A program made the position numbers and the translations under genes. Below the pieces are notes generated by a model. It did no database searches. It saw only the letters and a program-made list of their open reading frames with translations, and had not been told where the DNA came from. From Bigelowiella natans CCMP2755 (Eukaryota > Protista > Cercozoa), in the NCBI GenBank assembly GCA_000320545.1, contig ADNK01001511.1:35627-99626 (forward strand): DNA of 64,000 bases, written 5' to 3'. Each line of letters begins with the position of its first letter. Within the stretch, counting starts at the first letter, position 1. Positions 43,219 through 57,171 of the stretch are shown here, in pieces.

Positions 43219-45912
43219 GTGGTGGTGGTGGAAGGGGATGATATGGTTGCGTATTATATCGGAATATGAGGAGGAAGAGGAGAAGAAGAACAAAACATAT
43301 ACACACAACAGCAGCATATTAGGTAATATAGTAATAGTAGTAGTAGTAGTAGTAGTAGTAGTACTGGGTTCACTATCATCAGTCGTTAAAGATGATGAGA
43401 GATGACAATGGTGAGGTACTACATATGATGATACAGTGGTGGTAGTGGCAGTAGTCGTAGTAGTAGTAATAATGACAACAAAAGCTCACTTCTGTGCCAT
43501 TAATGATAATATTTCGCTTTACTCTATCAAGTCATCACCACTATACATACACACCTTTTTCTTCTTCTTCTTCTTCTTCTTTATCATTATCATCATCGAG
43601 TGAGGCCTTCTGGTTGTTGTTGTCGTAGCTAATCCAACGCACAACCTGTGTAGTCGTAATTTATGGTTGTAGTACAATGCTTTTTGAACATATATTGTCT
43701 GTTGTCGTTAGGAGCACCAGCATTATGTATATATGGGCTGCTGTGATTAATGTATTCAAACATAACGACCGATGATTTACTACCGTATCACCGTACAAAG
43801 ACACTTCTGATATTGTTACTCCTCTGAATTGATAGCAAGATATATGTTAGTAAACTGCATAGTATTATCATTTTCGTTTGTTTCTGCTTCTTCTTCTGGT
43901 TTCTTCTCGTCGTAGTCTGATTGTTGTTGTCTGTTATACTTGATCGTATACGGGGACGTTACGCTCTTTGCGCCACCATTTGCTGTGCTGATTTGATATG
44001 CTTCTCTGATGTGAGCATACCATACGGTAACAAGAAGAAGAAGAAGAAGAAGAAGAAGAAGAAGAAGAAGAAAAACAAGCATTCATATACCTCTCTGATG
44101 TGAGCATAACATACGATAACAAGAAGAAGAAGAAGAAGAAGAAGACAAACAAGCATTCATCTGCCTCTCTGATGCGAGCACACCACACTATAATAACAAG
44201 AAGAAGACGAACAAATAAGCCCCCCCCTTCGCAACAAAGCTACTGGTTCCATTTTCATCACTTGCTACTCTTCATTATGATGCCGCTACCCTGTGAAATG
44301 TAATGTACGTATCATTATGCAAATATTAACAGCAGCAGCACCTCGCATTCTGAACACGGATTCCTACTGCACGCACTGCTGTTCCTGTTCATACCACAAG
44401 TAGTGAGTGTAATCAAAGTGGTGGTGGTGGTGCTACTCGTGCTGCGATTCGCTGCTTTGGACGAGTAGATGGGTGGTGGTACAGGTAAAGAAGGTTGTTG
44501 TAATAATCTCTGTCATCTCTTCCCTGTATTATCTAATAGCTTTCAGTATGATCATGCTGCGGCACTTACTACTCTCACCGTGATCTCGTATGAATGTGTG
44601 CGCAACATCCGTATCAAAAGATAGGAAGTTGTCGTTGTTGTTGTCGTCGTCCGAGGTTGGGGAGGAGGAGGAGGAGGAAGAGTCATTGTCATCCTGAGGA
44701 TGGTGTGAATACATAATGAATGAATGAATGAATGAACAAATAGAACGAGCTGCTACTGTTTGCTTAGCTTAGCTTTCTGTTGTCGTTATAAATGTATATT
44801 GACGAAGAAGAAGAAGAAGAAGAAGAAGAAGAAGAAGAAGATCACCTGGTATTGTCCGTAAGGAGATGAAAATATGAACTTGACATCTCCAGAAGAGATG
44901 ATATGACTGCTAAATTTACCATTGCCTGTAAGGTATTACATAGTATTTATTGCTAAAGAACTTGTGCATATTGAAGACCCCCCTTTAAGTCATCTTTACA
45001 TTCTGGGAATATTATCCTCTCTAGAGGGATTTTGAATCACCTGTTGAAAGCTCACTCTTGGCGACACGTGGCATACCTGTGAGTTATTGCGTTTCTATTG
45101 CTTCGAATCGAGTAGTATACAGAAGAGAAAGGCACAGCAGCAGCAGCAGCTTTACTTGCTACGTGTATGTTGATATATTATACCTCTTGTATAAATACAG
45201 TATGGACATGGATTTTGCATCATCTTACTGACCTAGCCCCAGAGAAAACGCTCGCCATGTAGCTTCTGCATCACCACACCATATCTCCAGATGATCAAAT
45301 GAAAGCACCGGAAACTGTGAAATAGGTACAAGCTTCTTAACGCTGACGCAAGGACGAATGGGATTCTATGCTGTATCATAGTACCAGATCTTAAAATATG
45401 AATTCTAATGCTATTACTACTTACTATTACTTTATCAGACAATGGATTCTTGCGCTCGAAGTCTTCGTAGCCCTGTATGTAATGAATATCATTTGCTCGT
45501 TCTCTCACATAATCGGAGAAACACATACATTTACCTTTATACTTTCCAATGCAGCATGTAATTGAAGTCTCTGCCTGCTAAATCTATGTCGCAGTGACTC
45601 TTCGAAAGTACCAGCAAACATTTTTGAATTTGTAGGGCGAGGCATTTGTATGGCCAGCCCCCCCAAATTACGATGAATATTCTTCTGTACTTGCCACCTA
45701 CTACCACCAGAACATATCGAATGCGCTCTTGTATTCAGCGATGCATGGCCCCCCCTTCCTGAAATTAATGATCCGGGGTTAATCCGTAGTAACCGAGCAG
45801 CCGTTGTTGGTGTCGTCGTCGACGTCGTCGTCGGCAATCTTAAAAGAACCAAAGAGCACAGAGCTACTGATGAAATAATAACAGCTGTTACTTTAACCAA
45901 GGACCGATGCAT
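39575..45912 (-). CDS. HPPD: 4-hydroxyphenylpyruvate dioxygenase, plant/green-algal type, with signal+transit presequence
   Basis: GYEDFERKNPLSDK|FPVLSFDHLEIWCGDA|..AKSELSTG|NGKFSSHIISSGDVKFIFSSPY; IDHVVGNV; FAEFTTEDVGTVESG|LNSLVLANN..VLLPINEP; C-terminal CGGFGKGNFRELFKSIEDYEK; stop at 39575-39577. Confidence 0.95.
43985..44188. repeat. Triplicated ~75-90-nt unit (acceptor region plus TTC tract) in an HPPD intron
   Basis: tctctgatg(t/c)gagca at about 44003, 44092 and 44166, separated by (AAG)n. Confidence 0.8.
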
Positions 45913-46575
45913 TGATTGGTCGTCTTGGTTTCAGCACCCCCTTCCAATCCCCGTTGAATGAGTGTGATGGACGAATGGAATGCTGGTGGGTGATGATGTG
46001 TTGTATCCTCCTCCACTAGAAAAAGGACTCACAGCCACCACAACATTATGGCAACAATCGCCTACAAAGCAAATGCTGCGACAAACCAACAATCTAGTCG
46101 TACAATCGAAATGGATCATACGCTTGGTTTCCTCAATGCGACAAGGAATTTATGTTGTCGTCGTAAGTATTTCATTCATATGAGTCGATGATCGGTAATA
46201 TCAGTCCCTGAGACTCTAATCTGCTCGTCTATCTCCCCGGATCATTATGCGCTCCTACAAAACCATAGATCTATTTGCTGCCAGTGTGGGTCGATTTAGA
46301 GGAGAGGCTATATCGTCTCGTAAGGTGATGCATCATCAGTAGATATGGTTGAAGAAGCCAGACTCACTATAGTAATAATAAACCTGGGGTTGACTACAGT
46401 AGAAATAAACCTGAGCGTTGTTGTTATTACGTGCTGCCCTGGCCGACTGCTGCTAAGAAAGGATGGTGGTGGTGGTGGTCTCTGATGTGATTTTGATTTT
46501 ATTTGCTGCTGCTCTCAGACAAGTCATCAGACAACAACAACAACAAGAAGAAGAAGCTTTGTGGCATTGCCAACA

Positions 46576-47018
46576 ATGCATTGTACGCACAACAAATTTG
46601 TTGAACGTTTAAGAAGCGTCGACTGCCATGCAGGAGGTAATAAGTGCTGCTTTACATGGTTTGACATCATACTTAGTGTTGTTGAATGTATTATGATGTT
46701 GTGTGTTTACTAATTAGGCGAGCCTGCCCGTGTGATTGTCGAAGGTATAATAAGTGTGATTAATATCTGAGTGTGAAATAGGGGATTGAATAAGCAGGAA
46801 CTTATGATGATGATAATGATACCAGGATGTTCCTCCTCTTCTGATGGTAATATCTATCGATCTATCAGGACTGCCTGAGATACCAGGAACTACGATGTTC
46901 GAAAAGCGTAACTACTGCATGCAGCATCTTGATCATCTTCGCCGGCTGCTACTCCAAGAACCACGTGGTAGTAGTAGTAAGTAGTAGTAGCTGTATAACA
47001 TACATCATTCGACCTGCA

Positions 47019-47049
<31 letters not shown>

Positions 47050-48083
47050 ATTTAAATGAGTATCAATAATCATCCTCACCACAATTATACGACATATTGC
47101 TGCTATGATGACCTCCTACCTGCATGTGGAAAATTAATTAATAGATGAATAGTTTCAATGATCAATTGATAATAGATTCATATATTCATTGATCAATCCT
47201 GTGCTAGGCTATCCATGCCAAAACGCCAATTTAATCGTTCCTCCAACAAAGCCAGAGGCGGCATATGGATTTATCATTTTGGAACAGAACGGTGGTCATT
47301 TATCATGTGCTGTTATTATTATTGTTATTGTTATTATTAATAATAATATTGATTAGGTATATATCCTTTAATGAGTGGACACAATACCATGTGTGTTGCA
47401 ACTGCCTTACTTGAAACGGGCATGATTCCAATGGAGGAGCTCTCGTCCTCTTCCCCCTCAGAAGAAATAACGACTGAGTTTAAGCTTGAAGCTCCTGGTG
47501 GCATTGTAGGTTGCTATCTATCACTAGCTGGATTAAGAATTCTATCCCATAAATTATGCTAAATATATCAATAACACGCCCCACTCATTCTCTGAACATC
47601 ATTATATTCGTGATTTTTAAAGATAACTATGATGATGTTGCGCCTCTTTGTAATGATAAATTGTTTGTATATATTTTGTGAACTTATTATTATTATTATT
47701 ATTATTATTATCATCACTGTTAAATGAACGAAGAGTGTACCATCATCAACGACAGATATTCGAGCAAGATGCAAGGATTACAGTGTTACCGATATTACGA
47801 TTCGAGGTTATCCATCTTTCGTAGGTAATACTAATCCCTTTGTTATCATCATTATCATATTATGGCTGCTGTATATCTTTTACACAACGCTTCATTTGAC
47901 GTTGGTCTCTCTCCTTTGGCAGCAATAACGGATGCTGAAGTACATGTGCCAGAAGTTGGGACTGTAAAGATATCGATTGCTTATGGAGGAATGTGGTACG
48001 TTATTGTACAGGCTGAAGATGTAGGTAATAAGTGCTAAATTTATCTTTGTGCATTATTACTTTTCCGTTATCACTGAATTTTG

Positions 48084-48115
<32 letters not shown>

Positions 48116-48288
48116 ACCTCAGGCTTGCAACTTCTCCCTGAAAACGGGAGGGAAATCGCCAGAAAGGGAGAGATGATTAAAGTGGCTGCGCAAGAACAAT
48201 TTCCAGTGCAGCACCCATATTTCGACTACAAGGGTCCTGACATCCTTGTCTTCATATCGCCTCCAAACAGGTGGTTGGAATTATGTAA

Positions 48289-48322
<34 letters not shown>

Positions 48323-48867
48323 ATAATTGTGGCGCTGACTCTCTCCTCATTTTCTTCTCATTGATGTATATATTTATGTATTAATCAACCGATCTCGATA
48401 TATCTATTTTGGTCAAAATCAATGTAAATAATTCAATATAACCTCCTCTCAGTAAAGAGAATTCGGGTAGAAACGCGGTCGTAATGTCAAACGGTGAGCT
48501 TGATTGGAACAAACCTGAAACATGGGTGGGAATGTTAGATAGATCTCCATGTGGAACAGGGACCTGTGCAGTAATGGCAAAGGCCTTCATGGATTCATCA
48601 TTACAGCTTGGAGAAGATTTTCGTCATGAATCTATTGTGGGATCTGTGTTTACTGGTCGTCTGGTAGAGGAAATAAGTAAGTATGGTACTGCTGAGGATG
48701 ATGATAATAGCAGTAGTAGTGCCGGTAGCCATGCGGTAGAACCTACTACAGCAGTTATCCCCGAGATTTCTGGACGTGCATTTGTGACTTCATTCACTGA
48801 TATTGTCTTGCATGCGGATGATCCTTTTCCAGAAGGTTACACCGTTGGGGATATCTGGGCATCTTAA
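46576..48867 (+). CDS. Proline racemase superfamily enzyme (hydroxyproline epimerase/dehydratase-like), Ser/Cys dyad
   Basis: VDCHAGG|EPARVIVEG|LPEIPGTTMFEKR..LLQEPRG|YPCQNANL..|YPLMSGHNTMCVATALLETG..YGGMWY..LDRSPCGTGTCA..HESIVGSVFTG..DDPFPEGY; true start may lie slightly upstream. Confidence 0.93.
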
Positions 48868-49064
48868 GTAGGCTAGTAGAGTCGTCTAGCATCTCGCATA
48901 ATTAAGAATGATAACAAACGATTCATGATGTGTGCGTACTACTGCGGAATCGATCTTAAGAACATTGAACAAATGATTATATGTCTATCATTATGAATCT
49001 TATTTAAATACTGAAATGGTCTATTATTAAATCATTTCAATTGTCATCCTAAAGAAGCTGTACG

Positions 49065-49510
49065 TCTAGCTGTGCAAATGTGAAGAGCTTCACATTGTGT
49101 GGCGAAGAACGATCGATGCACACGCGCGCACTGCTGCGCAAAGTGTGCGGCATTCAAGACCGAAACAACACGCATTTGATTGCATGAAACACATCACAGC
49201 GGAGACCAACAGATTAAACATTAGCGCTGTGACCGCTGCATTGCGATGACCATTAAACAAATTTGATTGATTGATTGCATCCGTTTTGCATGCTAGCATG
49301 CACACCACATTATTAGCTCGCACTTATCCCCCATCATCAAGCACAGCAGTGTGTCATCGCTACTGTCATGTCGCGCACGTCTGGTTGTATTCCAGCGCAG
49401 ATCTTCATGAAATCATCTCCGCATTAGAACTCGAACAGCTGCTACATGCATGATGGTGTCTTGCGTGTTTTCATACGAGTAATCTGGTGCCGCAAACGCT
49501 GCAATGACAG
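49065..49510. other. Short partially TpA-depleted island with a diverged repeat B copy (about 49223-49283)
   Basis: No TA across about 49070-49210; agcgctgt..ccgctgca.tgc and gatgaccatt.aa.aaattt shared with 39163-39216. Confidence 0.65.
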
Positions 49511-49763
49511 TGGTATATCTAGATATGCCAGCCAACGACCCAGTAATGCATGCTTGTCATATAAGACGACACACGGTTTTATTTAATTTTGAGTTTGAAC
49601 AAGGAAGGTGATATTATTTGATCCATATTTCACTACTACTAATATCGAATATTAACAAGTTCTTCACTGCATACTAACAAACCCCGAGTAGTAGTTGTTT
49701 ACGATTAGCTTATGCTAAATTGATATATAAGAACGTAACAAACACTACTCCTAGTTGGTCCAG

Positions 49764-50482
49764 CTATTGACCTGCAAAACCCTTGATCTGCAAAAACATG
49801 TTATGTAAAACGTACTCGTTCAAGCACACCACGACGAAGACGGCTTGCATACAAATAAGAATGTAGTCGTGCAAGATTAATAATGAATCATTACCTGAAA
49901 TGCCAAGTTAGCTAAACAGGCCAAGCATATGAATCCAGTTATCAATAGTGCAAAGAACTTTTGCACTTTGTACTCATTCTTAGTATCCATTTGAATCTAT
50001 TATTTCATATATTATAGCCCAATAGCAGAAGCAGCAGTCACTCAGTGAGTCAATCACACACAATCGTGACACTTTTATCATTATAAAAATAAACCCATTG
50101 TTGTTGCTGCTGCTGCTGATGATGATGATCATGATGATGGCGACACTATCATTTGTACTACCAGTGTGAAATTGTTCCTCTTCTCTCATGCTTCAACGGT
50201 TTTATCATTATCATTATCATCATCATCATCATCGTCATCGTCGTAGTCGTCTCTTGGTGTTTTGTCTTTGGTTAAAGAAAACAGTGGATTGACGATGCCT
50301 TCTCTCCTACCACTTCTTCTTCTACTACTGCTACTACTAGTAGTACTAGTACCAGAAAAGTAGTTGGTAGGATATACCCTATGATGGGAATCGTTGTTGA
50401 CCTAACATTTCATATGTTGTTGTTGTTGTTGTTGTTGATGATGATGATGATAATACTGATGGGGTGTTAACAGCTGTAGAGA

Positions 50483-50524
<42 letters not shown>

Positions 50525-51200
50525 CAGAGAGCTACGACAGAGGAGGAGAGGAGGACGGGGAGAGGGGAAAAGATGAAGGAGGACAATAATGCTTCTGTGC
50601 TCTAATTCTGCCGTCGTATGGGCACCAGCGAGTTGTACAATTTCTTCCCCTCTCTCTATCTCTCTCTCCATAATGGTGCATGCATGCATGTAGAATGATG
50701 ATGATGATGATGATGATGATGACGGTGCTGCTACTGCGATCATTGCCACTACCTACTTTCATTATGATGATGATTGACTTGATTCTATCTATCAAGTCAG
50801 TACTACTACTACTAGAACCAACCCTAAAATGCCGATAACGATTCCTATATTTGAAATTGCCGAGGAGATTCCATAGGACATTGCCAGCCACAACAAGGTA
50901 ACCCATATATGCATCACCTGATTTAATTTAGTAGTAATTGATATTGCTGCGGATATTTTGCCAAGAGTTTGTATAATAATGTACAATGGTGGACAACAAA
51001 TACACAATAGAAGAAGAACAACAAGAAGGTTCTTCTTCTTATTATACTTGTTGTATATTGTATCTATACCTCAGGTTTCAGGAGGAATGCCGTCCATGAT
51101 AGATCATGTGCTGCTACCGCATCATCACCATCATCGAGAAATGCAGACTTCCCTTTCTAAGATTTATTAATGACAGAATGGATCAGGATGATGATGATGC

Positions 51201-51278
<78 letters not shown>

Positions 51279-51434
51279 TCGTCGTTGTAGTGGAAACGCA
51301 AGTGGTGGAAGCTTAATACAAATAACAATAATAATAATTATTAATGATAATGATGATGATGATGATATGATATGGTTACTACCTGCTCATCATCATCATA
51401 ATCGTTATGTACCAATGGATTATACCTGTAGTGA

Positions 51435-51467
<33 letters not shown>

Positions 51468-51740
51468 GAGGAGGAGGAGTGGTGATGGTGGTGATGGTAA
51501 TGAGCAGCATGCTTTTCTTACTATAACAACCAACTAACCCTTGGTCTTGTTCATCATCACCATCAGCACCACCAGCAGTTGCTGCTTTTGAACCCAGTAT
51601 ATTAAAACGACCTAAATAGATAGATAGAGAGAGAGAGGCAAAGTAGTACACATCATCACACTTAGATTGAATTCACATACCACACCTTCCTCCTCCACCT
51701 CCTCTTTCTGCGTTAATATATTGCGAGCGAGCAAGCACCG

Positions 51741-51777
<37 letters not shown>

Positions 51778-51853
51778 GTGATCCTGACTTAAAAAGTACA
51801 ACTATGAATAGTGACTAGAAATAATAATCGTACTACTACAACAACTACTACTG

Positions 51854-51889
<36 letters not shown>

Positions 51890-52178
51890 GAAATCTGTTG
51901 TGAAGGAGACGGCTTGGATATTAATAAAAATATGTTATCATCATCATCATCATCATCATCATCATTAATCAAAATATGTTATTATAATGATCATATGGTC
52001 ATCATCATCATCGTCATCATTATCCTTTTTATCACCGGCGTGGACGAATAAGGGTATGGAACACGACACAGATATTACGAGACCGAACCCCCCTGCTAAG
52101 ACCTGGGAATAATACGCACACACACACGCACATACTATCAATTTTCACCAAAATCCCCTGCAAAGAGCTGATAACACG

Positions 52179-52217
<39 letters not shown>

Positions 52218-52326
52218 CACTATACTAACATATACTCCTACTATATGTATCAGTACCTCACGGTGATGCTTATAATCGTTGAGGAGATAATCACCTTGAT
52301 GATATTATTCACATCACTACTCATTT

Positions 52327-52360
<34 letters not shown>

Positions 52361-52395
52361 ATTGGAAGTCGCACTTAGTCGTTACTCAAAGCAGT

Positions 52396-52433
<38 letters not shown>

Positions 52434-52763
52434 TTGCTTCTACTAACTCAATGTATCCGTGGTAAACGTTAAGTAGCCTGATTTATGGTGGTGGTGGGTG
52501 GGGGGGGGTGAATATAGTCAATAATGACAACAAACGATGATGGTGATGCTGCCGATAATGATGATGACGATGATGATGATGATGGGGTCAAGGGGGAGAG
52601 AGATCAAAACAAGATCAAAGAAAATACATCTCAAGGAGAAAGAAACAATTGGAAATGGTAGTAGTAAGGCATACAAACATCATTATCCGTCCTTTACACT
52701 TTGATGCTGCTGCTGCTGCTGCTGTTGCTGCTGCAGACTCGCATAACCATCTTCACATCAATG

Positions 52764-52805
<42 letters not shown>

Positions 52806-53024
52806 ACACCTACACTTATAATAATACCGAAGATGCCGATGGTCATGTAGAGGGAACTTGCGAAGAAGAATGCATACCTTCCAACCCTAAGGATGATGAT
52901 GAAGATGATGACGACGATGATGATGAAGATGATGACGACGACGATGATGGTGATGATGGATAGGTTGAAAGAGGAAGAGGAGGAGGAGGATCATTGTGCA
53001 TAATCTTAATCCACTTTTCTTCTT

Positions 53025-53057
<33 letters not shown>

Positions 53058-55299
53058 CTTCTTCTCCTCTCATACTAATAGTAGCAGAGGCAATAAAACT
53101 AGTAGCAGTAGTATAATGATACCGTAGCATCTTTTCCGGAGAAGGTCTAACCATCTCAATGTAGATAGGAAGAACGTTGGGCTGGCAAGTGAAGGACAGA
53201 ACTATGATAGGTACTGCTGTTACGAACCCTTCAAAGGTCCCTTCTCCACTCAAGACCTTTGAGTCCTGATAATACGTATTTGCTTGGATGGGGAGGGATA
53301 GCTGTTGCAGGAGCAATGTTGAGAGCGTGATGATGATGGTGATGATAATGATCATATTAGTGTTGGTTATGATCATGCAAGGAAGTAGTACATTTATAGC
53401 ATCTCCGAGGCATTTTGGCGATTTTTCATCATCTAATAGAAATAATGATATAATCACACAATAGCAATCACTGTAACTTTTGGTTCTTCTACATGTAACA
53501 TTGCTCAACTTCACAGGAACTATCATTTTTTTTTGGGATAATTATTTGATATTCGTACCTCCGCACATATCTACATATTCCGTCACAGTGATTACCTGAA
53601 AAACAACAAATAATACAATATTATTGATGGGTGTACTGCAGGAAGAGACTGCCTAGGAGCAGGCTCAAATTGCTTATTTGTCCAATTTCTCCTCCTCCAA
53701 TACCACCTTTGAACTTGTTTATTTGTACTATGATCGTCGCCATCATCGACATAATCATCATGAGTATTGTAGTGATGATAATATAATAAATCCGTATTAC
53801 AGTGAGGTAAAGTGCAAAGAAAATCGCAAGGAGAGAGGTGTAGCGGAGAGCACTGATCTGCTTCATTAGTCCAAGAGGTGTCTCTACCAATCCCACAATC
53901 AAGAGAAGAATAAACCATCGACCAAGAAACCACTCACTCCCACTTAATGAGCTGCTCATTGCCTAGGTTGGGGGGGGGGAGGGAGATTGGAGAAAAAGGT
54001 GGAGGAAGAGAAAGAGGGACGAGTGGAAAAGTAGAGGGAAGAAGTCAAACAAAATCTCACCATTTTCACTGTCATCATCAGCAGCATAATTAGTAGTATG
54101 ATTGCAAAATGTGAAGCAAAACGTATAGGTAGCACCCGCAGAAGAGTCCCCTGCTTTTATTGAATGTTATTCAGCAGTTGCATATTTACCTCTATGGCAG
54201 CAGGGATGATTGTTGCTATCACCACCATATAAAGGACAGTAGTTCCTAACATAGTGGTCACAGCAGATAAATATACAATAACTACACCACCCAGCAACAA
54301 CAGCACTCAAGATGATTCTCATTGATAGATAGCATAGTAGTAGTAGCTAAATCAATCTTAGCAGCAAGTAAGCAGCTAAGCCAGTCAGCAGCAGCAGCAG
54401 AAGCAAGTAGAATGTTTAAAAAGAGAAGGATGGTGATGGCTATATTCTTTGGGATAGAACTACAAATTTTATTACTACTACTAGTAGTACTACTACTCTT
54501 TACCAAAAAGATTTGTAACGAGAATCCATTTTGTAAACTTCTCTAATTTTGTTCCACCACCTAACAACGACATATGATGGTGAAGCATGATGGAAACAAC
54601 AATGATGATGAAGATGGTGAAGATGGTGCAGTAAAATATCTTACATCTGGCGGCCAATTGCTGATATGTAGTAGCTACTGGACGACCATCATCACCACTT
54701 AGTCTGATTCGATCATTATGTTCAAGAGGAGGAGGAGGAGGAGGAGGAGGAAATGATTGGCAATGCAAAGATCATTGCACAAAGATGGAGGTGGGGTACA
54801 TACGCGGAACTTGTGACAATCATCCATATCGAGAAGTAGGCCGCTGTTGCTCCTATAAATACTAGGATGATGGTCCCAATAATTCCCCTAATGTTATTAA
54901 AGAGTGACATCAATGAAGAAATAGATAAACACGAGAAGCAATAGATCATAGGAGATGTAGAAAAAGGCGTTGACAAAAAAACTGAAACAAGCTTGATTCG
55001 GTTTAGTGGGAATTATTACGCTTTGTATGTAGCATATGGAATGGAAAGAATCCCTGCAGTAGCAGCAGAAGTAACAACAAACGGAGGAGGAGCAGTCACA
55101 ACAATTAAACAAATGATGGATACGAAGAAGAATATTAGTGTAGTGTTGGTCGGTGTGTTGTTCTGTGTTATGCAGCGACAATGGCTAATACATACGTACG
55201 TCAGACAATCACTCATAGTAGTGCCGTTACCTGATCCAACAGTAGCTGTGAGCAATGTGAAGACAGAGGACCGAACAGACCTGATGATTGATTGATTGA

Positions 55300-55334
<35 letters not shown>

Positions 55335-55698
55335 AGCAACAGATATATCAAATAAATGTTTACTTCGTAGTTTGTTTATGGCATTTACGAATATTTCTAA
55401 AATATACCACCACCACCATCATCACGTGAATGCAGTAAAATTACAACATTGGCACCAGCCAGAGGCACTACTCTTCCTCGCAAATTCTTCTCTCTTTTGA
55501 TCACAAACATCGTGGCATTACATACCCTGGTGGTATCCTGATGGTGGAGGTAACTCTCTCGAAGAAAGCCGAAGGTGCTGCGAATAAACACAATTAATTT
55601 TGTTTCGAGATTTTGTGGACTGAATGATGAGTACAGCTTGATGAATTGAGGCTATGCGTCTGTTGGAGCTCCTTGAAGTCGCCGCTGTCATAAACCAT
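49764..55698 (-). CDS. Amino-acid transporter, AAAP/Aa_trans family (SLC38/AVT-like)
   Basis: MVYDSGDFKE..|..IPPG|SVRSSVFTLLTATVGSG|ILSIPYA; PLGLMKQISALRYTSLLAI; VPIIVLSFTCQPNVLPIYIEM; IGIVIGILG|STTIPIIGYILP; ends IKGFAGQ* at 49764-49766. Confidence 0.9.
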
Positions 55699-56231
55699 TT
55701 AGTGGAGTAAAAATGAGGGAGGAGAGACGTAGTTGAAGGGGGAAAACGTACGTCATGGTGGTTCGCTACTGCTTAGCTGGTTACAGAAAGTGTTGACAAA
55801 GCTTGTTGGCCAAGGGGAAAGTGATATACGATCGGAGAATCTCGTTCTACGGTTGGAAACGATAAGAAAGCGACATCAATCTACTCTTGTCGCACATATG
55901 AAACATAACAGATTTGTTGCAACTATAGGAGGGCATGCCTTTCGACCCTACGTCTGGCAACTTTGGCCAATAATTCTCATTAATTCCCTGTACGCATACA
56001 AGGCGACAAATTAATTGGAACCATTCAAAATCATGTGGAATAGTTTCAAATTGGCACTCTGCTGATGTTCTCATACAAAGAGCAGTAGTCGTACGATTGT
56101 AGTACACGAGGATGCACATATGATGATGTGGATCTACTCGTACTCTCTGTTGCAGTAACAATAGGGTCCGTAGCCGTCATTAGCTTCCACGAAGAGGCCA
56201 CTGGCTGTTTTACACAAGACGCTAAAAACGA

Positions 56232-57004
56232 GCATTGAATCATACCCTGCTTGAACGGGGACAATGGTCTCGCGGATTATAGCCCTGAAGGCTCTTTCCA
56301 AACTCACTGGCATTCCTGACTTGAACGTTATTCACAAGGTAATAGTAGTAGTGACACTTTGATTAGAAAATGTCAGGTTAATGCATCAGTTGTTCTGAAG
56401 CAGCAGCAGCAGCATTTTCACATCATCCTATGCATACTATTTCGGTAGGTGCTGTTTATCAATAGGGACGACGTAGGAGCGGAATGGAAAATTCGGCACA
56501 AAAACCCAGATGAAGTCTCCACAAACTTCCACACCACCATTTGTTGATGTAGCAAAGTGCAGGCAACCAACAAAAGAAGAACAACACAGACAAGTGATAA
56601 TAATGATTGTGTGCTATTATTTATGGTGGACAGATTCACAGACTTCTGGAAAAATGCACAATCCAAGTGAAAGTGAGTGGAGTAAACATTGATTTCTAAA
56701 GGATGACCTGCTGTGTCTCGAATGAAATTAATAGGGAGAGTAGCTGGGAGAGCTGGCAGTGTAACGTGTTAATAAATTGTTCGCTTTATTATTAACGCAA
56801 ATGTTTTCTACAGGGAAGTGGATACGAGGAGGAAGATGAGGAGTTTTTATTATCAACGACTTCAGATGGCAAAATCAAATGGATCCCAGGCGTTTGCGAA
56901 TGCTACATGGTGCGTGGGTTTGAGCACATACTCGACTACTGAAGCCAGAAAAAGCCAAAAGAACAAACATACCCACAATGCACACACGCACACACACACA
57001 CACA

Positions 57005-57045
<41 letters not shown>

Positions 57046-57135
57046 ATAGAAATACAACATTTATAAAATATAATATTATACATTAATGAACACAAATACT
57101 TTTCTCCCTGCCCCCCCCGCTTCTCTCAAATAAAC

Positions 57136-57171
<36 letters not shown>

